Shown: in pieces, positions 49,509-58,130 of the stretch
Position numbering within the stretch: the first letter of the stretch is position 1
How the letters are laid out: each line of letters opens with the position of its first letter
Assembly: GCA_963674945.2 (NCBI GenBank)
Contig: CAXXWQ010000003.1
Span: 288,001-352,000 of the forward strand
Direction: 5' to 3'
Source of the DNA: an uncultured Desulfosarcina sp.
GTDB taxonomy: Bacteria; Desulfobacterota; Desulfobacteria; Desulfobacterales; Desulfosarcinaceae
Length of the DNA stretch: 64,000 nucleotides
Notes under the pieces: model-generated
The model's input: only the letters and a program-made list of their open reading frames with translations
What the model was told of the DNA's origin: nothing
Databases searched by the model: none
Translations under genes and position numbers: made by a program

Positions 49509-50036
49509 ATGATAAAGCCCATAAAAACAATTTTATTTGCTACCAACCTCAATGAGAACTGTAAGCCAGCCTTTGAAATGGCAGCTTCTATCGCCACGCG
49601 CTACCAGGCAACGATTGTTTTTTTACACGTTCTTGAAAAATTACCTACCGTTATTGAAGGACGCCTTAAATCTCTCGTTGGAGAAAAAGCCTGGCACGAA
49701 ATGGCCCAATATCATGCCGACAGCGCCCGCGATGTCATTATTGCAAAGAGGTCTTCCAACAAACTGATAATGAATGCTTTAGAGCATTTTTGCAGCAACG
49801 CCGGGATCGATAATGACAGTTGTGGGTATAATACAGTTGAAATTTTGGTGGCCGATGGTGAAGTTGTCGAAGAGATTATCAACCATTCCAATGAGTATAA
49901 TGCTGATTTAATCGTTATGAGGGCAAGAGTAGGTTTCTTATCCGACAACCGTATTGGTCACATATTAAAATCAGTCATTAAAAAAGCCCATTGCTCTGTT
50001 ATGATAGTTCCGAATATGAAAAATGAAAATGACTGA
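49509..50036 (+). CDS. Universal stress protein
   Basis: IKTILFATNL, LHV, GEVVEEII, ADLIVM, CSVMIVP. Confidence 0.9.
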   Translation: MIKPIKTILFATNLNENCKPAFEMAASIATRYQATIVFLHVLEKLPTVIEGRLKSLVGEKAWHEMAQYHADSARDVIIAKRSSNKLIMNALEHFCSNAGIDNDSCGYNTVEILVADGEVVEEIINHSNEYNADLIVMRARVGFLSDNRIGHILKSVIKKAHCSVMIVPNMKNEND

Positions 50037-50136
50037 ATTTGCACCTGACTAGTTTTGGGAAAAGAAGTATACGCAAGAAAGTACGATTCAGTGCGGGACA
50101 AGCCATCATGGCATTACCTCCTCCTCCCTCCCGCCA

Positions 50137-50189
50137 GGACTGGGCGCAAGTTTATCTCAGCTTAAAGGCCCATTACTTGCGCCCAGTCC
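50137..50189. other. Long intergenic stem-loop preceded by a CU-rich tract
   Basis: GGACTGGGCGCAAGT / ACTTGCGCCCAGTCC perfect 15-bp stem with a 23-nt loop; CCTCCTCCTCCCTCCC just upstream. Confidence 0.6.
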
Positions 50190-50279
50190 ACCAACTATTC
50201 AGCCATTTATGATCTGCCATGATGAATCAGTTGTACGGAAAAGACTTTATTATGAGAATAAACGAACAGGAGAATACAG

Positions 50280-51320
50280 TTGGCAAATAATCGCTTATGT
50301 GAACTTCTGAAGATCAAATATCCCATCATTCAAGCCCCCATGAACTGGGTCAGTGGTGCCGAACTTGTCGCTGCAGTTTCCAATGCCGGCGGACTTGGCA
50401 CGCTTGGACCCAATTGTGGCGCCGAGGATATTACCTCGGATGTTGACGTAACCGGTGAAAGGATGCGTTCTCAAATAAATAAAGTCAGGCGTCTTTGCGA
50501 GGCTCCCTTTGCCGTGAATATTGTTGTCGGAGTGGGAGAGGATTTGAAATACTCGAAGAAAATTGTTGAAGTAGTCATAGAAGAATCGGTACCGGTAGCC
50601 ATCGTCTCCGTCGGCCGCCCGGATATATATACGGAACCACTCAAAGCTGCCGGTGTTACGGTTCTACATGCGATCTCCACGCCCAGACATGGCCAGAAAG
50701 CCGAAGCAGCCGGTGTGGATGGGGTCATCTGCGAAGGATTTGAGGCCGGCGGTCACAAAGGTTTCACTGAATTAACCACACTGACGTTGACACCAATGGT
50801 CGCTGATACCGTCACTGTGCCGGTGATTGCCGGCGGTGGTATTGGCGATGCCCGTGGTGTTCTGGCCGTCCTAGCGCTGGGAGCCGATGGCGCATATATG
50901 GGAACGCGGTTCATGGTTACGCACGAGTCGGAGAGCCACTTCCGTGTTAAGCAGGCCATTGTTGAAAGAAACGACGTCTGTACCGTGTCGGTGCCCAAAG
51001 AACATATGCTCGCACGGGATTTGATAAACAATTTTACAGATGAATATCTGAAGATGAAGCATGCCGGTGCAAACAGAGATGATTTAAAAACCTACCTGAC
51101 TGGTCATGCGCAGTATTACTCCCAACACCTTGGACGGGCAGATGACGCGGAAATATGCTGTGGTCAGGTAGCCGGAATTATCCATAGCGAGATGAGTGCC
51201 GGTGAGGTGATCAAAGAAATATCAGAGAACATTCGCGAAACATTTGCGGCGCTGCAACAACGGTTGCATGTTTTTTATCAATCCTTAGATGAAAAAGAAG
51301 CAGACCAAGAGATCAATTAA
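50280..51320 (+). CDS. Nitronate monooxygenase / FabK-like FMN oxidoreductase
   Basis: YPIIQAPM, AVSNAGGLGTL, EGFEAGGH, PVIAGGGIGD, MGTRF, GQVAG. Confidence 0.92.
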   Translation: MANNRLCELLKIKYPIIQAPMNWVSGAELVAAVSNAGGLGTLGPNCGAEDITSDVDVTGERMRSQINKVRRLCEAPFAVNIVVGVGEDLKYSKKIVEVVIEESVPVAIVSVGRPDIYTEPLKAAGVTVLHAISTPRHGQKAEAAGVDGVICEGFEAGGHKGFTELTTLTLTPMVADTVTVPVIAGGGIGDARGVLAVLALGADGAYMGTRFMVTHESESHFRVKQAIVERNDVCTVSVPKEHMLARDLINNFTDEYLKMKHAGANRDDLKTYLTGHAQYYSQHLGRADDAEICCGQVAGIIHSEMSAGEVIKEISENIRETFAALQQRLHVFYQSLDEKEADQEIN

Positions 51321-51648
51321 CGGGCCTCTCATTTTGGGCTTGAAAATCCATACCAAAAGAAATACGCACTTGAAATCAGAAGCCACCTGACCTATTAAAA
51401 GAATAGTAATAAATTGCATAGCAAGTAACGAATTCCACCCCTGTCCACACAACATTTCTTCCTATGGAGAAATACGGATATCGCCGCTGCGATTTCATAT
51501 CCCTCATCATCATACTATTCAATTATTTTCATAAAAAAAATTACACAGTAAGAAATTTTTTCCACTACTCTACAACATTTTTATGGCTACCTTTTTTCTA
51601 ACATTATGTTTTATCAGTAAAAATTCCCACAGCAACATTCCATGTGCA

Positions 51649-51664
51649 TGGCAGATTTTTTGCA
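51649..51664 (+). promoter_or_regulatory. Candidate sigma54 (-24/-12) promoter for the lipoprotein gene
   Basis: TGGCAGATTTTTTGCA, GG-N10-GC spacing, in AT-rich intergenic DNA. Confidence 0.55.
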
Positions 51665-51806
51665 TATACTCAAATTAGCGGAACCTCTCACCGATTTTTA
51701 ACGTTTGGTTATTCTATAAAAATAGTTTTGGGTTTCACCGGTTCTCAAACCATACCAAGAGCCTTGGCTATTTGGCAATGTGTCTGCTCAGTTGAAAGGA
51801 ATGATT

Positions 51807-53519
51807 ATGAAACGCTCTTTGAGATCGCTGTTGGCTGGAATCGTACTTTTTTCATTTTTGGCGATGGGTTGTGGAGGCGGAGGCGGCGGTGGGACGGTTT
51901 CCGACACAACGCCTGCTTCGAACAACAATAGTTATTACTCCAATCCTACGGACAGCAGAATCATAACGATTGTCGATGAGGAGGATCGTTCCACCTATAC
52001 CTATAACGGTGATATCGATACGGATGGGCAAATAATAAAACTAACCTCAATCGTCGTCAAAGATCCGGATCTTGAGGAGGATATTGTCTACTTTCTGAAT
52101 GAAGAAAGCTTTCCCGCCATGATCCATACATCCGAATTTACTTTTGCGTTGGAGCCCGTCTCAAATGCTGTCGTCCGTTTAACCGCCATCTCGACACTGG
52201 GTGAGGTCATGGTGAATATGCCGGTTGAATTGGACACGGGCGGCGAAGCCGGTGTGAGTGAAATATCTATGGAAGAAACGATGCCAAGCGCCATAAAAAG
52301 CCAGGCGCAAAGCAGTGCCGCCAATATGTATGCCACACTGACCAAATGTGGAAAGCTGGTGGAAAATGCTGCGATCTCCGTCAATATCGACCCGAAAATC
52401 GGCACAAGCAATCCGGTTGGTACGCATGTCGGTGATGGCCAATATGCGTTTCATATTCCTTCAACAGTTGAGGGCATGCTAAAAAAGTGTGATGCCATTC
52501 CTGACAAGATGGCTTCTTTTTGTGTTAAAGCAGCTTTGATTCCTACAAGTATTAAAACCTGTAATCAATTAGCGTCCGTTGTGGGTCTTATCAGTTCTGA
52601 CTATGCAAAGAGTGTCCAAAAATATTGCAAACCGGCGTTATTGAAACACCTGCCCAAGATAAAAACGATTTTATGCGATGAAAAAATGAGGAATGAGATC
52701 AAAAACGTCTGCAAATGGAACGTCATTATGGACATTCCCGAAGAAAGCCACTCTTTCTCATTTTCGGTTAAAATTCCCGGAAGCAAAACGTTTACAACGG
52801 AGACTGTCCCATTCTCTCCCAATATGAAATCTGTATCTGCATGGGAAATCACCGCACCATATGAAATTTCACTGGATAAACTGTATATTGTCCCCTCCGA
52901 TCCTGAAAGTGACGAGTGGTATACGGCGCATGCCTCCATGGTCTGTCCGGATCCTGATTACGGTACGACTGTCACACTTTCCGTCCAGGGCAGCGAGGGT
53001 TACAAAAATTCTGTCGAAGAAGTGATGAAAGTCAATTCGACAATCAGCCTCGATGTCCCGCCGGCATCTGATTCTGAAAAAGATGTTATCGATAAGATCA
53101 CCGTTTCCGCAGAAGGTCAGACATGGAGCATGAAGACCATGGCCGACGATACCAGAACTTGGACAATGGTTGTTCAAAGAGCCGCAGATGCAACCAATGA
53201 TGATGATATAACGACATGGTATGTGTGGTATGTGGACAACATGGGGTTGAAGCCGGTGATGGTGGGCACCAAAAAAGAGTTCGAAGAAGACAGGCTGTGC
53301 AGTTCATATCCCGGTGGCGGCACGGATCCCAATCTGCTCATGGATAAAGTACCGATTGTAGAGGCCTATGCAACCGAAGAATCAGCCATTGCGGCCGCCT
53401 GCAGTCAATTCACCGACATCATACGAGTGCCGGGCAGTTCCACATTCATATTTACGGACTGGATCGGTTACCTCGATGGAGAGAGACATGATATCGATGA
53501 ACTCGACGGATGTCAGTAA
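51807..53519 (+). CDS. Hypothetical multidomain lipoprotein with a Cys-rich helical insert
   Basis: Lipobox LAMGC followed by a poly-Gly linker; 570 aa; no family recognised. Confidence 0.75.
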   Translation: MKRSLRSLLAGIVLFSFLAMGCGGGGGGGTVSDTTPASNNNSYYSNPTDSRIITIVDEEDRSTYTYNGDIDTDGQIIKLTSIVVKDPDLEEDIVYFLNEESFPAMIHTSEFTFALEPVSNAVVRLTAISTLGEVMVNMPVELDTGGEAGVSEISMEETMPSAIKSQAQSSAANMYATLTKCGKLVENAAISVNIDPKIGTSNPVGTHVGDGQYAFHIPSTVEGMLKKCDAIPDKMASFCVKAALIPTSIKTCNQLASVVGLISSDYAKSVQKYCKPALLKHLPKIKTILCDEKMRNEIKNVCKWNVIMDIPEESHSFSFSVKIPGSKTFTTETVPFSPNMKSVSAWEITAPYEISLDKLYIVPSDPESDEWYTAHASMVCPDPDYGTTVTLSVQGSEGYKNSVEEVMKVNSTISLDVPPASDSEKDVIDKITVSAEGQTWSMKTMADDTRTWTMVVQRAADATNDDDITTWYVWYVDNMGLKPVMVGTKKEFEEDRLCSSYPGGGTDPNLLMDKVPIVEAYATEESAIAAACSQFTDIIRVPGSSTFIFTDWIGYLDGERHDIDELDGCQ

Positions 53520-53594
53520 AAAGATTCATCATTTCCTATTTTGACAAGCACAACACTTTATTCTTTTACTACGATCACGGTAAACGACGAACCA

Positions 53595-53630
53595 AGGGCG
53601 GGGCTTTAAAATTAGAGCCCTGCCCTTTTT
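53595..53630 (+). terminator. Rho-independent terminator
   Basis: AAGGGCGGGGCTTT-aaatt-AGAGCCCTGCCCTTTTT. Confidence 0.75.
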
Positions 53631-53878
53631 GTCTCGATTCCTTCGCCAAAGCCTCAGTGTATCACGTCAATTCTACCGACATTCAGCCTCTATTGACATA
53701 TAAGCCATCTTGATATACATATCGCTTATTTAGTATATATATTGCAATTTAATTTTTTACATATTATACATCCAATATATAATTTACGTATAATATGATC
53801 AAGCCGAGTGGCTATGAGTACCGAATTTCCGTTTTTTGGAACCACATCATTTCATCAATAAATTTCAGGAGGTTGGAA

Positions 53879-56473
53879 ATGGCAGCCAAGACAACTGCGA
53901 AAGCTGAAGAAAAAACAAAGGAACCGCCGGTAATTTCCAGAAAGATTAACATCGACGCGATCAACAAGACCAACGGCTTTACGCCCAGGGTTCAGGCCAG
54001 CAGAAAGCGATACATGGAAACAATGTCCAAGGTTTCCAGTGACCGGGTCTGGTACATGATGCAGTCGTACAAAGAGACCGAAGGCCAGCATCCCTATCTT
54101 CGTCAGGCGAAGGCCCTTGCCAATGTCTGGGACAATAAAGCCATCGATGTCTTCGATTACGACCTCATCATCGGGAACTGGACGGACGCCGTCCGTGGCG
54201 CCCATCCAAAAACGGAGTTCCAGTTTGACCAGATGAAGCTGATGTTGGCCAACAACACCGCCGCCCGGACCAACTCGGAAGGCCAGGAGGCCTCTTTGTC
54301 ACAGCAGGACTATGACAGGCTCATGGCGGCTGCCGAGTATTGGGGAGAGAACTACCCCGACCCGGAAACACAAGAACGGTGGGACAGGATATTTGCCGAA
54401 CATGATCCTGATGACTGGGCCGGCGATTTGAGCTACACCGGGCTCGTCATGCGCTGTGAGCGCAACCCCGCCGACAAGCGCTTCAAGATGTCCGGCCACA
54501 AACGAATTAACCATGAACATGGTTTCGCCCAGGTAACCAACATTCAGGCTGCGGGTGCGAATTATGCCAACATACTGAAAATCGGCTACAGGGGCTACGT
54601 CAACAAGGCTCAGGAAGAAATGAAAAAGGTAAAGGAAGCCGCCAGGGGACGGGACTTCACCGACGATGAGAAGGAAAAGCTGGCCTTTTGTGAGGCATCC
54701 ATTATCGTCACCGAAGCCATGATCCGCTATGCCAAGAGATATTCCGCACTGGCTGCGAAAAAGGCCGCAAAAGAGAAGGATCCCCAGAGGAAAAAGGAAC
54801 TGGAAAAGGCAGCGGAAGTTTGCCTGCGGGTACCGGAGAATCCCGCCCAGACATTCCAGGAAGCCCTGCAGACCGTATGGTTCCACTTTTTGGGCATTCA
54901 TATGGAAAAAGCCATGCCCAATGTATTTGTGGGGCGCTTCGACCAGTATACGTTCCCCTACTACCAGGCGGACATCAATGAAGGTCGCATGACCCGCCAG
55001 GAAGCGGCGGAACTCATCGGTTGCTTCATCATGAAGATGGCGGAACTCGAACCGTACCTGACGCCGGAGCACCGTGCATTCATACAGGGCACGAATTATG
55101 AGAATGTTACCCTGGGCGGTGTGGACATCCACAACCAGGATGCATCCAATGAGGTTTCATGCCTGTTTTTGCATGTGGCCAAAGATCTGCGGATGCATCA
55201 ACCCTACATTTCGCTGCGGTATAACCCGAAAATGGCGCCCGAGCTGGAGGACAAGGCGTTCGAGTGTCTCCGGGTCCACGGGGCCGGAATCCCCGCCTTC
55301 TTCAGCGATCTGGTGAACATTCCGTACATGCTGGGCCGCGGGCATACCATCGAACATGCCCGGGACTATGCCATCGCCGGATGCATCGATGCCGTCTATC
55401 CGAACACCTTCGGCTGGGTACGAGGCAATATCGGCTTCAACAACATGGCCAAGGTAGTGGAAATTATATTGCATGAGGGCGTAGACCCGCGCACCGGGAT
55501 CAAGATCGGCCTGGATACCGGCGACCCGCGCGACATGACCTTCGACGAACTGGTGGATGCCTGGAAGAAGAATGTTTCTTACCAGATAAACAGGCAAATC
55601 GATATGTTCGAGGTATGGGACAGGGAGGGGACGGTTACCAAGGACAGCTTCCCTTACACGTTTATCTCCACCTTCCTGGATGGCTGTCTTGAAAACGGCA
55701 AGGATGTCACGCGGCATGGGCCCAGCGTCATCATTGACGATGCACACTACGGTCTCGACCGCTGTTTCCAGGACGCTTCCGACTCGCTGCTGGCCATCAA
55801 AAAGCTTGTCTTTGAGCAGAAGAAGTACACCATGGACGAGATGATAAAAGCGCTCGATGCAAACTTCGAGGGATATGAAAAACTCCAGGCAGACTGCATC
55901 GCCCAGCCCAAATTTGGAAATGACGACGATGAGGCAGATTACTTGATGAACGAACTCTGGACCTTCGTCAACAACCTGTATACGTCGAGAACAGATTACA
56001 TCGGCCGCAAGTACAATTGTTACCGCCAAGGGTCGGCGGTTGCCCACCAGGCTGGCAAATGGACCGGGGCGCTGCCCAATGGCCGCCTGGCCGGCGTTTC
56101 GCTGGCGGACTCCTCATTGTCACCGATGCAGGGTATGGACCTGAAGGGCCCCACCGCCGTCATCAACTCGGTCACCAAGATCGATGTCACCGATATGGAT
56201 GGCACGCTGTGCAATATGAAGCTTTGCCCAAGCCTGATCGATAAGCCCGGTGGAATGATGAAATTCAAACAGCTGGTGAGAACCTTCATGCTCAAGGGGG
56301 GCCAGCAGATTCAGTTCAATATTCTGGATAAGGATCGGCTGCTGGATGCCCAGAAGCATCCCGAGCAGCATCGCGATCTGGTAGTGCGTGTGGCCGGGTA
56401 CAGCGCATTCTGGGTTGACTTGGAGAAACAGGTACAGGACGAGATCATCAGCCGGACAGAGCATGCGATTTAG
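53879..56473 (+). CDS. Glycyl radical enzyme (PFL2/GRE family) of unknown reaction
   Basis: AGGAGG RBS; GRFDQY, NVTLGG, AGCIDA Cys loop, KFGNDD, GALPNGR, QIQFNI, LVVRVAGYSA glycyl loop; 864 aa. Confidence 0.95.
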   Translation: MAAKTTAKAEEKTKEPPVISRKINIDAINKTNGFTPRVQASRKRYMETMSKVSSDRVWYMMQSYKETEGQHPYLRQAKALANVWDNKAIDVFDYDLIIGNWTDAVRGAHPKTEFQFDQMKLMLANNTAARTNSEGQEASLSQQDYDRLMAAAEYWGENYPDPETQERWDRIFAEHDPDDWAGDLSYTGLVMRCERNPADKRFKMSGHKRINHEHGFAQVTNIQAAGANYANILKIGYRGYVNKAQEEMKKVKEAARGRDFTDDEKEKLAFCEASIIVTEAMIRYAKRYSALAAKKAAKEKDPQRKKELEKAAEVCLRVPENPAQTFQEALQTVWFHFLGIHMEKAMPNVFVGRFDQYTFPYYQADINEGRMTRQEAAELIGCFIMKMAELEPYLTPEHRAFIQGTNYENVTLGGVDIHNQDASNEVSCLFLHVAKDLRMHQPYISLRYNPKMAPELEDKAFECLRVHGAGIPAFFSDLVNIPYMLGRGHTIEHARDYAIAGCIDAVYPNTFGWVRGNIGFNNMAKVVEIILHEGVDPRTGIKIGLDTGDPRDMTFDELVDAWKKNVSYQINRQIDMFEVWDREGTVTKDSFPYTFISTFLDGCLENGKDVTRHGPSVIIDDAHYGLDRCFQDASDSLLAIKKLVFEQKKYTMDEMIKALDANFEGYEKLQADCIAQPKFGNDDDEADYLMNELWTFVNNLYTSRTDYIGRKYNCYRQGSAVAHQAGKWTGALPNGRLAGVSLADSSLSPMQGMDLKGPTAVINSVTKIDVTDMDGTLCNMKLCPSLIDKPGGMMKFKQLVRTFMLKGGQQIQFNILDKDRLLDAQKHPEQHRDLVVRVAGYSAFWVDLEKQVQDEIISRTEHAI

Positions 56474-56515
56474 TGCATAAATGTTCTGACGAAAGCTGAG
56501 CCAATGTGGTATACA

Positions 56516-56549
56516 ATACAGGTCGCGCTCTTTTGAGCGCGGCCTGTAT
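56516..56549. terminator. Hairpin after the GRE gene, probable terminator
   Basis: ATACAGGTCGCGCTC-TTTT-GAGCGCGGCCTGTAT. Confidence 0.6.
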
Positions 56550-56834
56550 ATGTATCGGGTAGTGAATCCTAAGCTGAGCGTTTCAAATTTTCTCATATGA
56601 TGAAAGGCCCAAAATCTATTAAACGATAGCGAAATATTTCCTCGAAAATTTGAAACCCGTTGGGATTGCCGATCTTACCGCATCTACGGCGTCAAATGCC
56701 TCCCCGCATAGGCGACTATAACGGAAAGTCATCTTCCTTGTACCTGCGGCAAGCTCGACAATCGCTCAACTTCGGTGAATGATAGAAACGATTACGGCTG
56801 CTGATCTCAATCCGGTTCCAAGGAAAATAACGAC

Positions 56835-58130
56835 ATGGTGGAAGAAAAAAACGAGAAAAAAGGAAAAGAATCGAAGACCGTCCCATCCCCAAACGGCAAG
56901 CGCCGATGGCTGATCCGGATCTGCGGTGTCGGTTTGCTGATCCTTGCATTGACCATCGGAATTCCCTATTTACTGCACGCGCTTTCCCATGAATCCACCG
57001 ATGACGCCTTCATCGACGGAACCATTGTATGGATCAGTCCGCGGATCAGCGGTACCGTGACAAAGGTGTTGACCGACGACAATCAATGGGTTCGGGCGGG
57101 AGAACCACTGGTTGCACTGGATCCGGGTGATTGCAAAGTTCGGTACGATGCCGCGACCGCCGCCGTAAAAGCGGCCGAAGCCTCCGTTGTTGCAGCCGAA
57201 GCCATGGTAAAAACAGCCGAAGCCGCAACCGCCGCAGCAGGCAGTCATCGGGATCAAGCCAAGGCGCAGCTGGTTCTCGCCGAGGCAACCCTGTCCCAAC
57301 ATCAGGCGGAGGCGGATTCAAAGAAAGAAGAACATCAGCGCAACATCAAAGACCTGGTCCGCGCAAGGCAAATGGCCAAAACCGATACCATCTCCGAGCA
57401 GGGTCTCGATCACGCGTTGGCCGCTGAACGGATGTCCGCTTCGGATGTAAAGGCCGCGGAATACAAAATCGAGACACAGAAGGCCGCAGTGCAGCAGGCA
57501 AAATCCGCCCTTGCGGCCGCCGAAGACTATTTGCGTCAGGCTTGCGCACAAACCGACGCACAGCGTGCACAGGCTCTCAAGGCACGCGCCGATGTCGATC
57601 GGGCCGCTGCGGAGCTTGAACAATCCGCCTTGCAGCTTTCCTACACGAAAATCATTGCACCGGTAGACGGCTATGTCACCAAAAAATCGGTCGAACAGGG
57701 CGCCTTTGTCCAGACGGGGCAAATGCTGATGGCATTGGTTCCTTCCGAAGTCTGGGTGACAGCCAATTTCAAGGAAACCCAGTTGACCCATATGCTAGTT
57801 GGACAACCGGCGACCATCAAGGTGGACACATTTCCGGATGTCACGTTTACCGGCCATGTGGCGAGTTTTCAGCGTGGCACCGGAGCACGATTCAGCCTGT
57901 TGCCCCCTGAAAACGCTACCGGCAATTTTATCAAAGTTGTCCAACGTGTTCCGGTAAAAATCATTTTCGATAAAACCGATCAGCTGAAACGCTATCCGCT
58001 GGCCTTAGGGCTTTCCGTTCAACCGGAAGTCGACATCCGCGCAAACGGTGTTATGCCCGGTACGGCAGTTGGTAAGAACCAACCTTCAAATTTCGATATA
58101 GCGGGCAAGAGCACCGGAGCCGAAAAATGA
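56835..58130 (+). CDS. HlyD/EmrA family membrane fusion protein
   Basis: ESTDDAFIDG, long coiled coil, IIAPVDG, WVTANFKETQL, FSLLPPENATGNFIKVVQRVPV. Confidence 0.95.
   Translation: MVEEKNEKKGKESKTVPSPNGKRRWLIRICGVGLLILALTIGIPYLLHALSHESTDDAFIDGTIVWISPRISGTVTKVLTDDNQWVRAGEPLVALDPGDCKVRYDAATAAVKAAEASVVAAEAMVKTAEAATAAAGSHRDQAKAQLVLAEATLSQHQAEADSKKEEHQRNIKDLVRARQMAKTDTISEQGLDHALAAERMSASDVKAAEYKIETQKAAVQQAKSALAAAEDYLRQACAQTDAQRAQALKARADVDRAAAELEQSALQLSYTKIIAPVDGYVTKKSVEQGAFVQTGQMLMALVPSEVWVTANFKETQLTHMLVGQPATIKVDTFPDVTFTGHVASFQRGTGARFSLLPPENATGNFIKVVQRVPVKIIFDKTDQLKRYPLALGLSVQPEVDIRANGVMPGTAVGKNQPSNFDIAGKSTGAEK

Noticed and set aside
51870..51893. GGC/GGA run as a tandem repeat or phase-variation tract
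   Set aside because: It encodes the ordinary poly-Gly linker after the lipoprotein Cys, with mixed codons.
53693..53795. A specific sigma70 promoter for the GRE gene
   Set aside because: Several overlapping -35/-10-like hexamers in very AT-rich DNA; none can be singled out.
53879..56473. Calling the GRE pyruvate formate-lyase or benzyl/alkylsuccinate synthase
   Set aside because: No adjacent CC pair, no CMSP-type loop and no small-subunit or activase genes nearby.
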